Origin: an uncultured Chloroflexia bacterium
Lineage (GTDB): Bacteria; Chloroflexota; Limnocylindria; Limnocylindrales; CSP1-4
Assembly (NCBI GenBank): GCA_963760735.1
Contig: CAVXEB010000004.1
Coordinates: 1,592,329-1,656,328, forward strand
DNA: 64,000 nucleotides
Direction of reading: 5' to 3'
Part shown: one piece after another, positions 17,871 through 26,328 of the stretch
Layout: each line of letters starts with the position of its first letter
How positions within the stretch are numbered: position 1 is the first letter of the stretch
Position numbers and translations under genes: made by a program
Notes under the pieces: model-generated
What the model saw: the letters and a program-made list of their open reading frames with translations, nothing else
Told to the model about the DNA's origin: nothing
Database searches by the model: none

Positions 17871-19052
17871 TCAAGAGCCGGAGACGGGGGCCCAGCTGTA
17901 CGTGCCATAGGTGGACGGTTCGTGGGTCACCTGGCCGATGAAGGCGCCGTCGAGATCCATGATCCAGAGGTCGTTGAGATCGCCGGCACCACGCTGGACG
18001 AGCAGATACTTCCCGTCCGGCGACCACTCGCCGACCTCGGCTTGGTCGGAGCCATCGGTCGCCGAGATTTCCTTCTGATCGCTGCCGTCGGGGCGGACCA
18101 GCGAGACCACGGACGTGCTCCCGTGCTTCCGCGAATAGGTGATCCACTCTCCGGTCGGAGACCACGACACCGCCCAGACAAAGTCCGCGCGCTCCGTGAT
18201 CGGTCGGGCCTCGCCGTCGTCGACGTCGACGTCGACGACGTAGATCCTGCCCTCGACGCCGAACGTCGCGCGCCTCCCATCCGGCGAGAGGCTGCCGACT
18301 GGCACGTCGAAGAAGTCGATCTTCGTGCCCGGCGGGTTGAGCTGGCGCAAGCCGCTGCCATCGGCGTTGACGACGTACACGTCGCCCGCCTCGTGCGGCT
18401 CGTCAGCACGTTCGGCCATGAACAGGATCTTCGACGCGCCCGGCGTGATCCCGAATGGATCGACATGGGCGATCCCCTCCGGAAGCGCGATCACGAGGCG
18501 GAGGTCGGCGAGGTCGGGGGATCCAAGGTACAGGCCGTTCCGAGCCGGCCGCGTATCATCCCAGCCGTCGAAGGCGATCCATCGACCATCTACGCTCGGC
18601 GTTGCCGGGCCAAGGGTGAGCGTCTTGATGGGTGGATCGATGACCGTGCGGTCAGCGCCATCCGGCCGCATCGTGGTGAACGACCAGGTGCCGTGCCCGG
18701 TGGAGCCCATCGTCCAGACGTGCGTCCCGTCCGTCGACCAACGGGCGCAGGCGCAGCCTTCGGCCGTGAAGAGCGCACGCTCATCCGTCCCGTCCGTGTT
18801 GATTGTGAAGTAGTGCTCCACCTGATCCGAGCCGCGACGATGGAACAGGATCCGGCCCGGCGGGACTTCGGCCGGGACCGCGGTCGCCGTGGGCTCGGGT
18901 GATGCGAGCGCCGTTCGACCAGGAGATGCCGGTGCAGTCGGCGAGGCGCCCGACCGAGCTGGGCCCGAGCCCTGGCAGGCCACCAACGACAGGGCAAGCA
19001 CCAGCCGCAAGCCTGCCCGTGGCCGACGAGTATTCACGACGTCGGCTGCCAA
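17871..19052 (-). CDS. Lipoprotein with PD40 / TolB-like beta-propeller repeats
   Basis: The signal peptide has lipobox LSLVAC. Repeated WSxDG(T/K) PD40 motifs are present (WSTDGTHVW, WSPTGEWITY, WSPDGKYLLV). The 5' end overlaps the upstream anti-sigma by 19 nt. Confidence 0.7.
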   Translation of the reverse strand: MAADVVNTRRPRAGLRLVLALSLVACQGSGPARSGASPTAPASPGRTALASPEPTATAVPAEVPPGRILFHRRGSDQVEHYFTINTDGTDERALFTAEGCACARWSTDGTHVWTMGSTGHGTWSFTTMRPDGADRTVIDPPIKTLTLGPATPSVDGRWIAFDGWDDTRPARNGLYLGSPDLADLRLVIALPEGIAHVDPFGITPGASKILFMAERADEPHEAGDVYVVNADGSGLRQLNPPGTKIDFFDVPVGSLSPDGRRATFGVEGRIYVVDVDVDDGEARPITERADFVWAVSWSPTGEWITYSRKHGSTSVVSLVRPDGSDQKEISATDGSDQAEVGEWSPDGKYLLVQRGAGDLNDLWIMDLDGAFIGQVTHEPSTYGTYSWAPVSGS

Positions 19053-20374
19053 AGCGCGTTGATCAGGAATTCGGTAACGGGAATCTTGCTATCTGGATCG
19101 TGGACCCACGCACAGGCCAAGCAGCCCGCTGCCGAGAGCTGGGCCACGTCCTCGACCGGCAGCTTGGCCTTGTTGGCGCCATCGGCATCCATGATCCAAA
19201 GCTCGAATCCCGTGGGCGCCGACGGATCGCCAACGCTGTGGGCGAAGACCAGGCGCCCATCTGCCGTCCAATTCGGTCGGCCAGAAGCGCGGTCGGTCGT
19301 CAAGGCCTGAAGACCGGTGCCGTCCGGGCGAATGGCGTAAATATCCCCGCCATGGGGAGTCTCACCGGGGGTCTCGCCGTAGAAGACGATCAGCGAGCCA
19401 TCCGGCGACCAGCGCGGCTCGATGGCATAGAGGTTCCGCGGGCCAATCTGATGCAGGTTGCTCCCATCAGCATTGACCATGAGGAGCGTCGCTTGGGAGG
19501 GACGGGCCGTCTGCCGAGCGAAGGTCAATCGGGTCCCGTCCGGCGACCAATGCGGCGCGTCATTGCGGTCGGAGGCCGTCGAGGCGAGCTCGGTGACGTG
19601 ACCGGTGGCCACGTCCACCAGGGCGATCACCGATCCCCCCGAGGTCGTGATGGGCGGCCGGGCGAACGCGATCGTGGCGCCGTCTGGCGAGAACTCGTAG
19701 CCCGAGACCGTGGGGCAGCCGATCGGGCACAAGACGTCAAATGGGAGCGACTGCAGGACGGCGCCCGACGCATCGGCCAGCCACAGTCCCGCGGCATCCT
19801 CGAAGAGCAGGCGGGTCCCATCACGTGACCACGAAAGGGGGGTCTGGTAACCGTGGTGGTCCGGCAGCAATTCGTGCGCATTGGTTCCATCCGTGTTCGA
19901 AACCCAGATCCGCGAGCATCCGGTGGGCCGCTGGTCGTCCCACCAACCCCTAGCTCCACGCTCACAGTCCGTGTCGACCGCCTCGAGTGGAACGAACTTC
20001 ACGTACGCGATCAGGCCCGAGGACGCAGGGGGCACTGAAGGGGCCTCCGACCGGAGTTCGGCGGATGGTTCGGTGGACGGATCCGCCGACCTGACAACGG
20101 ACGGCGGCACGACAGACGGCAACTTGACGATGCCGGACCCAGCGATGAGCGCCCCGCCCACGATCGCGCTGATCAATGCTGCGGCGACGAGCACGAGACT
20201 CGTCCGGCGACCGAACCTGGCCGGCCAGCGGCCGAACCAGCGGCGCTGCGGCACGAGGGGGATCGTCGCCAGGACGTGCTGGTAGAAGCGGTCTTCGTCT
20301 CCCAGGTCGGCAGCCCGCTCGCGGAGTCCTTGGGCGAGGTACGTATCGACGAGGTCGGGGTCGATGGTGGTCAT
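19034..20374 (-). CDS. Anti-sigma factor with one TM helix and an extracytoplasmic PD40/TolB-like beta-propeller
   Basis: 4-nt overlap with the ECF sigma 20371-20934. The TM helix is LVLVAAALISAIVGGALIAGSGI. PD40 motifs follow (WSRDGTRLLF, FSPDGATIAF, WSPDGTRLTF, WSPDGSLIVF). Confidence 0.7.
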   Translation of the reverse strand: MTTIDPDLVDTYLAQGLRERAADLGDEDRFYQHVLATIPLVPQRRWFGRWPARFGRRTSLVLVAAALISAIVGGALIAGSGIVKLPSVVPPSVVRSADPSTEPSAELRSEAPSVPPASSGLIAYVKFVPLEAVDTDCERGARGWWDDQRPTGCSRIWVSNTDGTNAHELLPDHHGYQTPLSWSRDGTRLLFEDAAGLWLADASGAVLQSLPFDVLCPIGCPTVSGYEFSPDGATIAFARPPITTSGGSVIALVDVATGHVTELASTASDRNDAPHWSPDGTRLTFARQTARPSQATLLMVNADGSNLHQIGPRNLYAIEPRWSPDGSLIVFYGETPGETPHGGDIYAIRPDGTGLQALTTDRASGRPNWTADGRLVFAHSVGDPSAPTGFELWIMDADGANKAKLPVEDVAQLSAAGCLACAWVHDPDSKIPVTEFLINALWQPTS

Positions 20375-20934
20375 GCCTGGGTCTCCAGCGCTCGTCCGAG
20401 CGCCTTTCGCGCGGCGTGGAGCCGTGACTTCGCGGTGCCGACGGGAATGCCGAGCTCCCGCGCGACCTGGTCCAGAGGGCGCTCCTCGAGATGGTGGAGG
20501 GCAAGGATCTGGCGATCGGCGATCGACAGGCGATCGAAGGCGGCCAGCACCGCGGCGCGCTCGAGCGCATGCGGCGCTGGATCCGCGGCTTGCAGAGCCG
20601 CTCCCTCGAGGTCGATCTCCCTTATGCGCCCACGCCTGCGCAGCAGATCACGGCAGCGGTTTGCGAGGATGGTGTTCAGCCACGCGTTGAACCGGCGCTC
20701 GTCACGAAGCCGCGGGAGGTTCTGCCAGGCCGAGACGAAGGCATCCTGGGTGGCATCCCGGGCGTCTGCCTCGTTCCTGACGATCGTGCGGGCGAGCCTG
20801 AGCAGGCCCGGCAGCCGGTCCGCCATCAGGAGGCCGAATGCGTCGGCGTCACCGCGCGCCGCTCGGGTGATGAGGACGTCATCGGCGACCGACGCCGCAT
20901 CGCGGGTGCCTCGGGTCAGGTCCAAGGCGCACAT
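20371..20934 (-). CDS. ECF sigma factor
   Basis: LITRAARGDADAFGLLMADR ... DATQDAFVSAWQNLPRL ... ILALHHLEERPLDQVARELGIPVGTAKSRLHAARK, 187 aa. Confidence 0.85.
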   Translation of the reverse strand: MCALDLTRGTRDAASVADDVLITRAARGDADAFGLLMADRLPGLLRLARTIVRNEADARDATQDAFVSAWQNLPRLRDERRFNAWLNTILANRCRDLLRRRGRIREIDLEGAALQAADPAPHALERAAVLAAFDRLSIADRQILALHHLEERPLDQVARELGIPVGTAKSRLHAARKALGRALETQA

Positions 20935-20966
20935 CGTGGGCTCCTCGTAGGTCGCATGTCACGTAT

Positions 20967-20992
20967 GACGGCCACCAAGCGGGTCTGGTTCG
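20967..20992 (-). promoter_or_regulatory. Candidate ECF-type autoregulatory promoter (-35 GAACC, 16-nt spacer, -10 CGTC) upstream of sigma 20371-20934
   Basis: The minus strand reads tcGAACCagacccgcttggtggcCGTCatacg about 33 nt upstream of the ATG. A second GAACC lies about 25 nt further upstream. Confidence 0.35.
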
Positions 20993-21250
20993 AGCCTTCT
21001 CAAGCTCTGGTTCGTGTAGCCACGGGACGCCCCGGGCCCACCGGCCTGTTGACTGGTGCCTGACCCCCGCGGATTCACGCTTCGAACTCCGGGCCGGGAG
21101 GTCAAATAGAACGCCCGTTCCGGGAGACCGTGGGATTTGACCTACGTGCTCTGACAGTCATCGGCTGTTCGAGCGCTGTGCCGGCCAGATGAAGGCGATC
21201 CCGACCGTGCTCCAGAGCTCGTGAACAGACTGATGTCTTCGAGCAGCACC

Positions 21251-21256
21251 TATAAT
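21251..21256 (+). promoter_or_regulatory. TATAAT -10-like hexamer 8 nt upstream of tRNA-Thr
   Basis: Exact TATAAT in a 70%-GC background immediately before the tRNA 5' end. Confidence 0.3.
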
Positions 21257-21264
21257 CGTGCGGC

Positions 21265-21339
21265 GCCGACATAGCTCAGCGGTAGAGCAGCTGTTTCGTA
21301 AACAGCAGGTCCTCGGTTCAAATCCGAGTGTCGGCTCCA
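21265..21339 (+). tRNA. tRNA-Thr (anticodon CGT), intact, with encoded CCA
   Basis: Manual fold of the cloverleaf is complete: acceptor GCCGACA/TGTCGGC, D stem GCTC/GAGC, anticodon stem GCTGT/ACAGC with loop TTCGTAA (anticodon CGT), variable AGGTC, T stem CTCGG/CCGAG with TTCAAAT loop, discriminator T, then CCA. Confidence 0.9.
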
Positions 21340-21397
21340 CTCCCCTCTTCGTGCTCAGGAAGAGCAGCTGTTTGGAGTTAGCACGGTCTTTGCGGCG

Positions 21398-21435
21398 GAC
21401 GAAGACCTGCTAACTGACGAAGACCTGCTAACTGG
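21398..21435 (+). repeat. Tandem direct repeat 2 x 19 nt (GACGAAGACCTGCTAACTG) just downstream of tRNA-Thr. Related copies occur at 23950-23966 and 26408-26423.
   Basis: Read from the sequence; the GAAGACCTGCT core recurs. Confidence 0.7.
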
Positions 21436-21498
21436 ACAGGTTCCTACCCTCGGCGAGGGCCGTCCAAGCACGAGCGTGTCTGCCGGCGAGGCGAGACG

Positions 21499-21531
21499 CC
21501 AACATCAGGGCCCACGAAGACCTGCTGTCTT
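21499..21531. repeat. Inverted repeat GAAGACCTGCT-N11-AGCAGGTCTTC sharing the GAAGACCTGCT core
   Basis: Perfect 11-bp arms. Confidence 0.6.
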
Positions 21532-22040
21532 CCAGATAGCAGGTCTTCCCGAATACAGGAATCCGGCTGATCGGTCGCGCGGTTCTACCGCCACGCGGTC
21601 TGTGATGACCGACCGCGTACGGTCTCGTCCAATGAAGCTCTCCGACCAGTACGACCTCGAGGGCTTCCAGCAGGACGTCAACTGGCGGGCACCTGCGTTC
21701 GTTCGGGACCCAACTCGTCGCAGCCGGCCTGGATGAGTTGGCATCGATTGACTTCTGGGATGAGGACGTCGGCCGCTTCTACGTCGCAACGGAGGCCGCC
21801 ATCTACATCGGCGTCTTCACGCCACGTCGCGACAGCGGGTTTGATCTCAACCTGAGGCGAGCGGCATACCGTGGCGTCATGTGTCCTCCTTGCGATCACC
21901 ACCGATGTGGGCGAGGGAACCGTCGTCAAGTGAGGATCGAGGATCCGGCCTTGGAACGAGCGTCGAATCGCGATCGAGAGCTGAAGCGGCTGGCGGAGTT
22001 CGGGACGGTCTGCCTCCGGCGCCACGGGCGACACGGTCGG

Positions 22041-22793
22041 CTACCAGCGGAAGAGCGCCAGCTCCTCTGCGAACGACAAGTCCACGACCTCCGAGGGGAC
22101 TTCGTCAGAGGCGGCGGCCCCGGTCTCAGGTGGCAGGAGCTGTCGTGCGAGGGTCGCGAACTGCCATGCCTTGTACCGTTCGATCGGCCACCCGCATTCC
22201 TCGGTGAAGGCCTGGTAGGTCTCCCAGCGGTGCACCCCGAACAGCAAGTCGAGCGCCAGTGATGGATCGAGTCCGGGACGTAGCTCGCCGCCGCGAGCGA
22301 ACGTCTCGATGACCTGCCGCATTCCATCCCGCCGGCGCCGTTCGAGTGCATGCCACGCTTCGTCGACGCCAGGGTCCACCGATGCGGCCGCGCGGACGGC
22401 GGGCATCAGTGGGCTCACGCCCCGATAGATCTCGTTGCCGTACTCGACGATGAGCGCGAGACGCCGCGTACCGGATGTCGCGGCCATCACGTGACCGAAC
22501 CAGGCGCGCTCGATTGGCTCTTCGGGACCACCCTGCTCACCACCGGCCACGTTCAGGGCCGCGAGGAGCAGCTCGGCCTTGGTATGAAACGCGAAATAGA
22601 CCGTCTGTACGGCGACTCCTGCGTCGGCGGCGATCGTTTCCATCGTCGTGGCCGCGTAGCCCGGGCCCTGGAAGCGGATCAGGGCGGCCTCGATGATCCG
22701 GCGACGGGTCGCCTGCGCTCGTTCACGTCGGGTGGGGCTCGGAACGTCCGATGGAGGAATTGGGGGCTTGACTGCGGTCATGGTGGACAGCAT
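22041..22793 (-). CDS. TetR/AcrR-family transcriptional regulator
   Basis: N-terminal HTH (RRRIIEAALIRFQGPGYAATTMETIAADAGVAVQTVYFAFHTKAELL) with a C-terminal ligand-binding domain. Confidence 0.85.
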   Translation of the reverse strand: MLSTMTAVKPPIPPSDVPSPTRRERAQATRRRIIEAALIRFQGPGYAATTMETIAADAGVAVQTVYFAFHTKAELLLAALNVAGGEQGGPEEPIERAWFGHVMAATSGTRRLALIVEYGNEIYRGVSPLMPAVRAAASVDPGVDEAWHALERRRRDGMRQVIETFARGGELRPGLDPSLALDLLFGVHRWETYQAFTEECGWPIERYKAWQFATLARQLLPPETGAAASDEVPSEVVDLSFAEELALFRW

Positions 22794-22849
22794 ACTCCAG
22801 CACTCACTAGCGTGACCTCTAGTGGCGAGTCTGATAGCGCGAGGATGCC

Positions 22850-23329
22850 ATGACCGCGGTGATCGAGAACACGATCGACATCACCCGCCCGCCCGATGCG
22901 GTCTTCGATTACCTTTCCGACCTCCAGAACGAGCTCCAGTGGAATCCGGATTGCGTATCGGTGGAGAAGCTCACCGACGGGGCGGTTGGCCTGGGGACAC
23001 GGTTTCGGGCCAAGTGGAAGCAAGGCCCGGCCATCGAAACCGAGTGCACGCTGTTCGAGCGGCCGCGATCCTGGCGGTACGAGAACGGCGGCCCCGCAAG
23101 CCTGGTGCTCACGATCAAGCTCGAGGCAACCCCAACCGGCGGCACGCGGATGACGTCGCATGGCGAGTGGACGCCTCACGGTTGGTTTCGCCTGGCCTTT
23201 CCCGTCTTCATCCGCGTGATGCGACGCGCCGAGCACGGCGTCGTCGCCAACGCCCGACGCGCCCTGGAGGAAGGGCTCGACCGGCCACCAGGGCGATCGC
23301 CAACAGCGTTACCTGCAGGCAGGGCATGA
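22850..23329 (+). CDS. SRPBCC-superfamily protein (polyketide cyclase / dehydrase-like)
   Basis: IDITRPPDAVFDYLSDLQNELQWNPDCVSVEKL ... follows the SRPBCC pattern, 159 aa. Confidence 0.7.
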   Translation: MTAVIENTIDITRPPDAVFDYLSDLQNELQWNPDCVSVEKLTDGAVGLGTRFRAKWKQGPAIETECTLFERPRSWRYENGGPASLVLTIKLEATPTGGTRMTSHGEWTPHGWFRLAFPVFIRVMRRAEHGVVANARRALEEGLDRPPGRSPTALPAGRA

Positions 23330-23790
23330 CTGGACCCGATGCCGCAGTCACGGAGCACGCTTTGGTAGCGGCTCGAATGGTTGGAACCGGCTCCGAGCGC
23401 GGCGCACTAGCCATCCGCGTCGCCGCAGGCATGCATCTCTTCCTGGGCCTGGCCTTCGGTGCTTCCGTCCCGATCGTGCTCAGCCACCTCGTCCGCCAAG
23501 GCGAGCTGCCGATGTCACCCTTTGGATGGAGGTACATGGCCGGACAGCCGGTCGAACACCTGAGCACCGACCAGTTCATCGCGCTCGGTTGGGCGCTCGT
23601 CGGCGTTTCTGCCCTCGACGTGGTCGCCGGGATCTGGCTCTGGCAGGGTCGCCGCCGAGGTCTCAGGCTGGCGCTCGCAACCGCCGCTCCGGCCCTCGTC
23701 CTCGGCGCCGCCTTCGAGCTGCCGCTGCTCCTGGTCGGCGTGCCGATCCGGACGGCGCTGGCTTTGGCGGGGCGTCGGGCGGTCCGATGA
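23326..23790 (+). CDS. Small integral membrane protein (about 4 TM)
   Basis: ATGA overlap with the SRPBCC stop. Helices include LAIRVAAGMHLFLGLAFGASVPIVL and FIALGWALVGVSALDVVAGIWLW. Confidence 0.5.
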   Translation: MTGPDAAVTEHALVAARMVGTGSERGALAIRVAAGMHLFLGLAFGASVPIVLSHLVRQGELPMSPFGWRYMAGQPVEHLSTDQFIALGWALVGVSALDVVAGIWLWQGRRRGLRLALATAAPALVLGAAFELPLLLVGVPIRTALALAGRRAVR

Positions 23791-24019
23791 GTTCGCCGGA
23801 TCTCGACTAAGCGCGCGCAAGCTCAGTCGCGACGATCGGCGACTCCGCGCGTCCTCGTGGGCATGGTCGGCGATGTATATGCCCACCTCCGAGGGACGAT
23901 GTCGGCGACATCGCGCCATACCTCAGAGGCTGACAACGGGTTCAGAATCGAAGACCTGCTAACTGAGCGGCCTACGCTCGCGATTCCATGCTTGTGCTAC
24001 AACGCTTACGCCGAACTCC

Positions 24020-24064
24020 TTCGTAAACAGCAGGTCCTCGGTTCAAATCCGACTGTCGGCTCCA
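24020..24064 (+). repeat. 3' half of tRNA-Thr(CGT) (anticodon loop through CCA), 1 mismatch; att-like remnant
   Basis: TTCGTAAACAGCAGGTCCTCGGTTCAAATCCGACTGTCGGCTCCA matches nt 31-75 of the intact tRNA, with one mismatch in the T arm (GAGTG to GACTG). Confidence 0.8.
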
Positions 24065-24421
24065 ACAGATCATGCGTGAGGTCGGGCCCTTTGCCCGCTC
24101 TCAGGGCTGTTGTCGCCGTTTCGTGAGCCCTGCTCTGACCCCTTTCGCGACTCTCTTCCACGACCACTCGTCTGGTGATCTGGGAGCCGCGTGCTTCGGG
24201 TGGTCATTGCCCGCGCAACTACCTCGAAATCGAGGTGAGCGGAGAGCGCGCCGGCGGCCACCCAGCCGCTGATCGGCGCGTTGCCGTCATCATCCACGAC
24301 CGTCGAGGGCAGCGTTGTCGGGACAGTTGGCACTGTCCGGGGCGCGTCCTTCGCCCGATCATGAGGGCAACCCTACAGGGTGACCCTCGGGCCACTCGAC
24401 CACGCAACGGAGGTGGTGACC

Positions 24422-24640
24422 ATGGTGGCCAAGCAACGGGACCGCATCCTGATCGACTCCGACAAGGCCGGCGAACCGGCTCGCGAAGGCGAGATTCTCG
24501 AGGTGATCGAGGCCGAGTACGGGACCCGCTACCGTGTCGCCTGGGACGACGGGCACGAGTCGACGATCCGGCCGGCAGGCGGAATCGCCCATGTCGTCCA
24601 TCCCACGGAGAAGGTCGGGCCGACGGAACCGCGGCGCTGA
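24422..24640 (+). CDS. DUF1918-like small protein
   Basis: MVAKQRDRILIDSDKAGEPAREGEILEVIEAEYGTRYRVAWDDGHESTIRP resembles actinobacterial DUF1918 proteins. Confidence 0.55.
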   Translation: MVAKQRDRILIDSDKAGEPAREGEILEVIEAEYGTRYRVAWDDGHESTIRPAGGIAHVVHPTEKVGPTEPRR

Positions 24641-24842
24641 TCCGGTCGAAGAGCGATCAGATAGCGCGAGGAGGCCGTTTGCGTCCCACACTGGAGGCCG
24701 ATCAAGCACCCGCTGGCTCGGCGGTCATCGACGGGCCCCGCTGCTCGTCCCCCTCGTCCCAAGCAGCAGGTCGTCTCCGTGGCCGCAACGAGTGGAACGG
24801 CCGGCGGCGACTCGATGACCGCCCCCAGGGGAAGGAGGGGCT

Positions 24843-25262
24843 GTGATGACCAGTCCCCGCACTACCGGTGTCTGGATCTCCGCCAACTCCGCAACCGTGT
24901 TGCGCTGGAGCCCGGAGCTCACCGCGCGCCACCGCATCGACTCGACGGTACCTGGCCGGCGCCGCTCGACGGGACGACCACCCACCGAAGAGCACCCGGG
25001 CGGCGAAGGCCATCGCGACGAACACATGCGGGCCTTCTTCGATCAGGTCTCTCGAGTGGTGGCGGTTGACGACGACCTGCTCCTGGTCGGGGACGGAGAG
25101 GTCGTCGGGCACCTCGCGGACGACATCCGGGCCGACGACGCGAACCACGGCCGTGAGAGACGGATCCAGGTCCAGAAGAGCGGGCCGATCACGGAACCCC
25201 AGTTGCTCGCCCGGATCCGAACGTTCGCGGGATCGCCAGCCAAACGCCACCGGCCGCGCTGA
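24843..25262 (+). CDS. Hypothetical protein
   Basis: Protein-like composition with no recognised domain. An Arg-rich antisense ORF (24702-25250) overlaps it. Confidence 0.3.
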   Translation: MMTSPRTTGVWISANSATVLRWSPELTARHRIDSTVPGRRRSTGRPPTEEHPGGEGHRDEHMRAFFDQVSRVVAVDDDLLLVGDGEVVGHLADDIRADDANHGRERRIQVQKSGPITEPQLLARIRTFAGSPAKRHRPR

Positions 25263-25512
25263 TCACGGGTATTGACTCGGGACTGACCGGGATTCGAAGC
25301 CTCGTCCCGCCGCACAACCGCGCACCCGAAGCGCTTGCGCGCGATCACGACCGGCTCGCTGATTGTGAGATTTGGCCGGAGGACTAGGATAGGTGCGGCC
25401 CCCGCTCCGCACGTCGACGACGATCCCTTTTGGGGTTTGGTCAGATCGCGACAACCGGGGGCCTCTGCCGGGCGCATGAGTTTGCCGAGGGCCCTGGTGG
25501 CAGGAGGACGAG

Positions 25513-26328
25513 ATGCCGGCTCGGAAGACCAGGGGGAAGGTCGCGTTCGGTACCCGAGCCGAGCACCGCGCCGCGAAGGCCGCCGCCGATGCGGCAGCCG
25601 CGGCCGCGCTGAGTCAAGCCGCGGCCGGAGCTGCCGATGTGACCCGCGGCAAAGACGAGGCGGCCGTCGCAGCGACCTATTCGACCCTGAGCGATGCGGC
25701 CGCCCGGAGAGGTGCGCGCGACGCCGCCGAGGGCGCTGCGACCCTCGACATGGCCGACGAAGTCGCCGCTGGCGGAGCACTCGCCGCCGCGCTCAGCACC
25801 GACGAGTTCCGCCGCGGCATGGACCTTGCAGCCATCGCCGGCCAGGTCCAGGTGGCCGCGGATCTCGTCCGGGGTGTCGGGCAGCCGACGCTCGCGGCCT
25901 TTCTCGGCCGGACGAGCCACCAGCTGCGCGTCCTGGCAACCGACGCGCTCCGCCGAGCCACCGAGGGCGCTCTCGTGGCCCACGGAGCGGAGCACCTCGC
26001 GGGTGAGCTCGCGGCGCTCGGACGGACCGAGATGGGCGAGGGGCGCGACGAATACGCGAGCTCCGATGCGCTTGGCGCCGCAAGTGCCGAGATGGCGGCG
26101 GCGGCCGTGCGATCGGCGGCCGCAGGAGCCGCTGAACTCGCTGCCGCGGCGGCGATGGGCGGGATGGCGCAGGCTCTGGCGCACGACAGCGCCGAGCCCC
26201 TGGCCGGCGCCGGCGAGGCAGACGAAGGCCTTTCCGGGAGAGCCGCGGCGGCCCACCGTCCGCCAAAGGCGGCAACCCGGGCTCCAGCCCGGCAGGGATC
26301 AGGCAGGCCATCCAGGCCAAAGAAGTAG
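25513..26328 (+). CDS. Ala-rich hypothetical protein
   Basis: Strong AGGAGG RBS 5-10 nt upstream of the ATG; coiled-coil-like low-complexity Ala-rich sequence. Confidence 0.45.
   Translation: MPARKTRGKVAFGTRAEHRAAKAAADAAAAAALSQAAAGAADVTRGKDEAAVAATYSTLSDAAARRGARDAAEGAATLDMADEVAAGGALAAALSTDEFRRGMDLAAIAGQVQVAADLVRGVGQPTLAAFLGRTSHQLRVLATDALRRATEGALVAHGAEHLAGELAALGRTEMGEGRDEYASSDALGAASAEMAAAAVRSAAAGAAELAAAAAMGGMAQALAHDSAEPLAGAGEADEGLSGRAAAAHRPPKAATRAPARQGSGRPSRPKK

Noticed and set aside
21738-22262. 174-aa ORF downstream of tRNA-Thr (MASIDFWDEDVGRFYVATEAAIYIGV...)
   Set aside because: Its second half overlaps the well-supported TetR gene on the opposite strand. The first approximately 100 codons could be a small real gene, but no motif, RBS or homology supports it.
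14900-24100. Integrase, excisionase or transposase genes expected for the tRNA-associated islets
   Set aside because: No ORF in or near the islets has tyrosine/serine recombinase or DDE motifs. The islets are therefore described as integrase-less remnants, not as active mobile elements.
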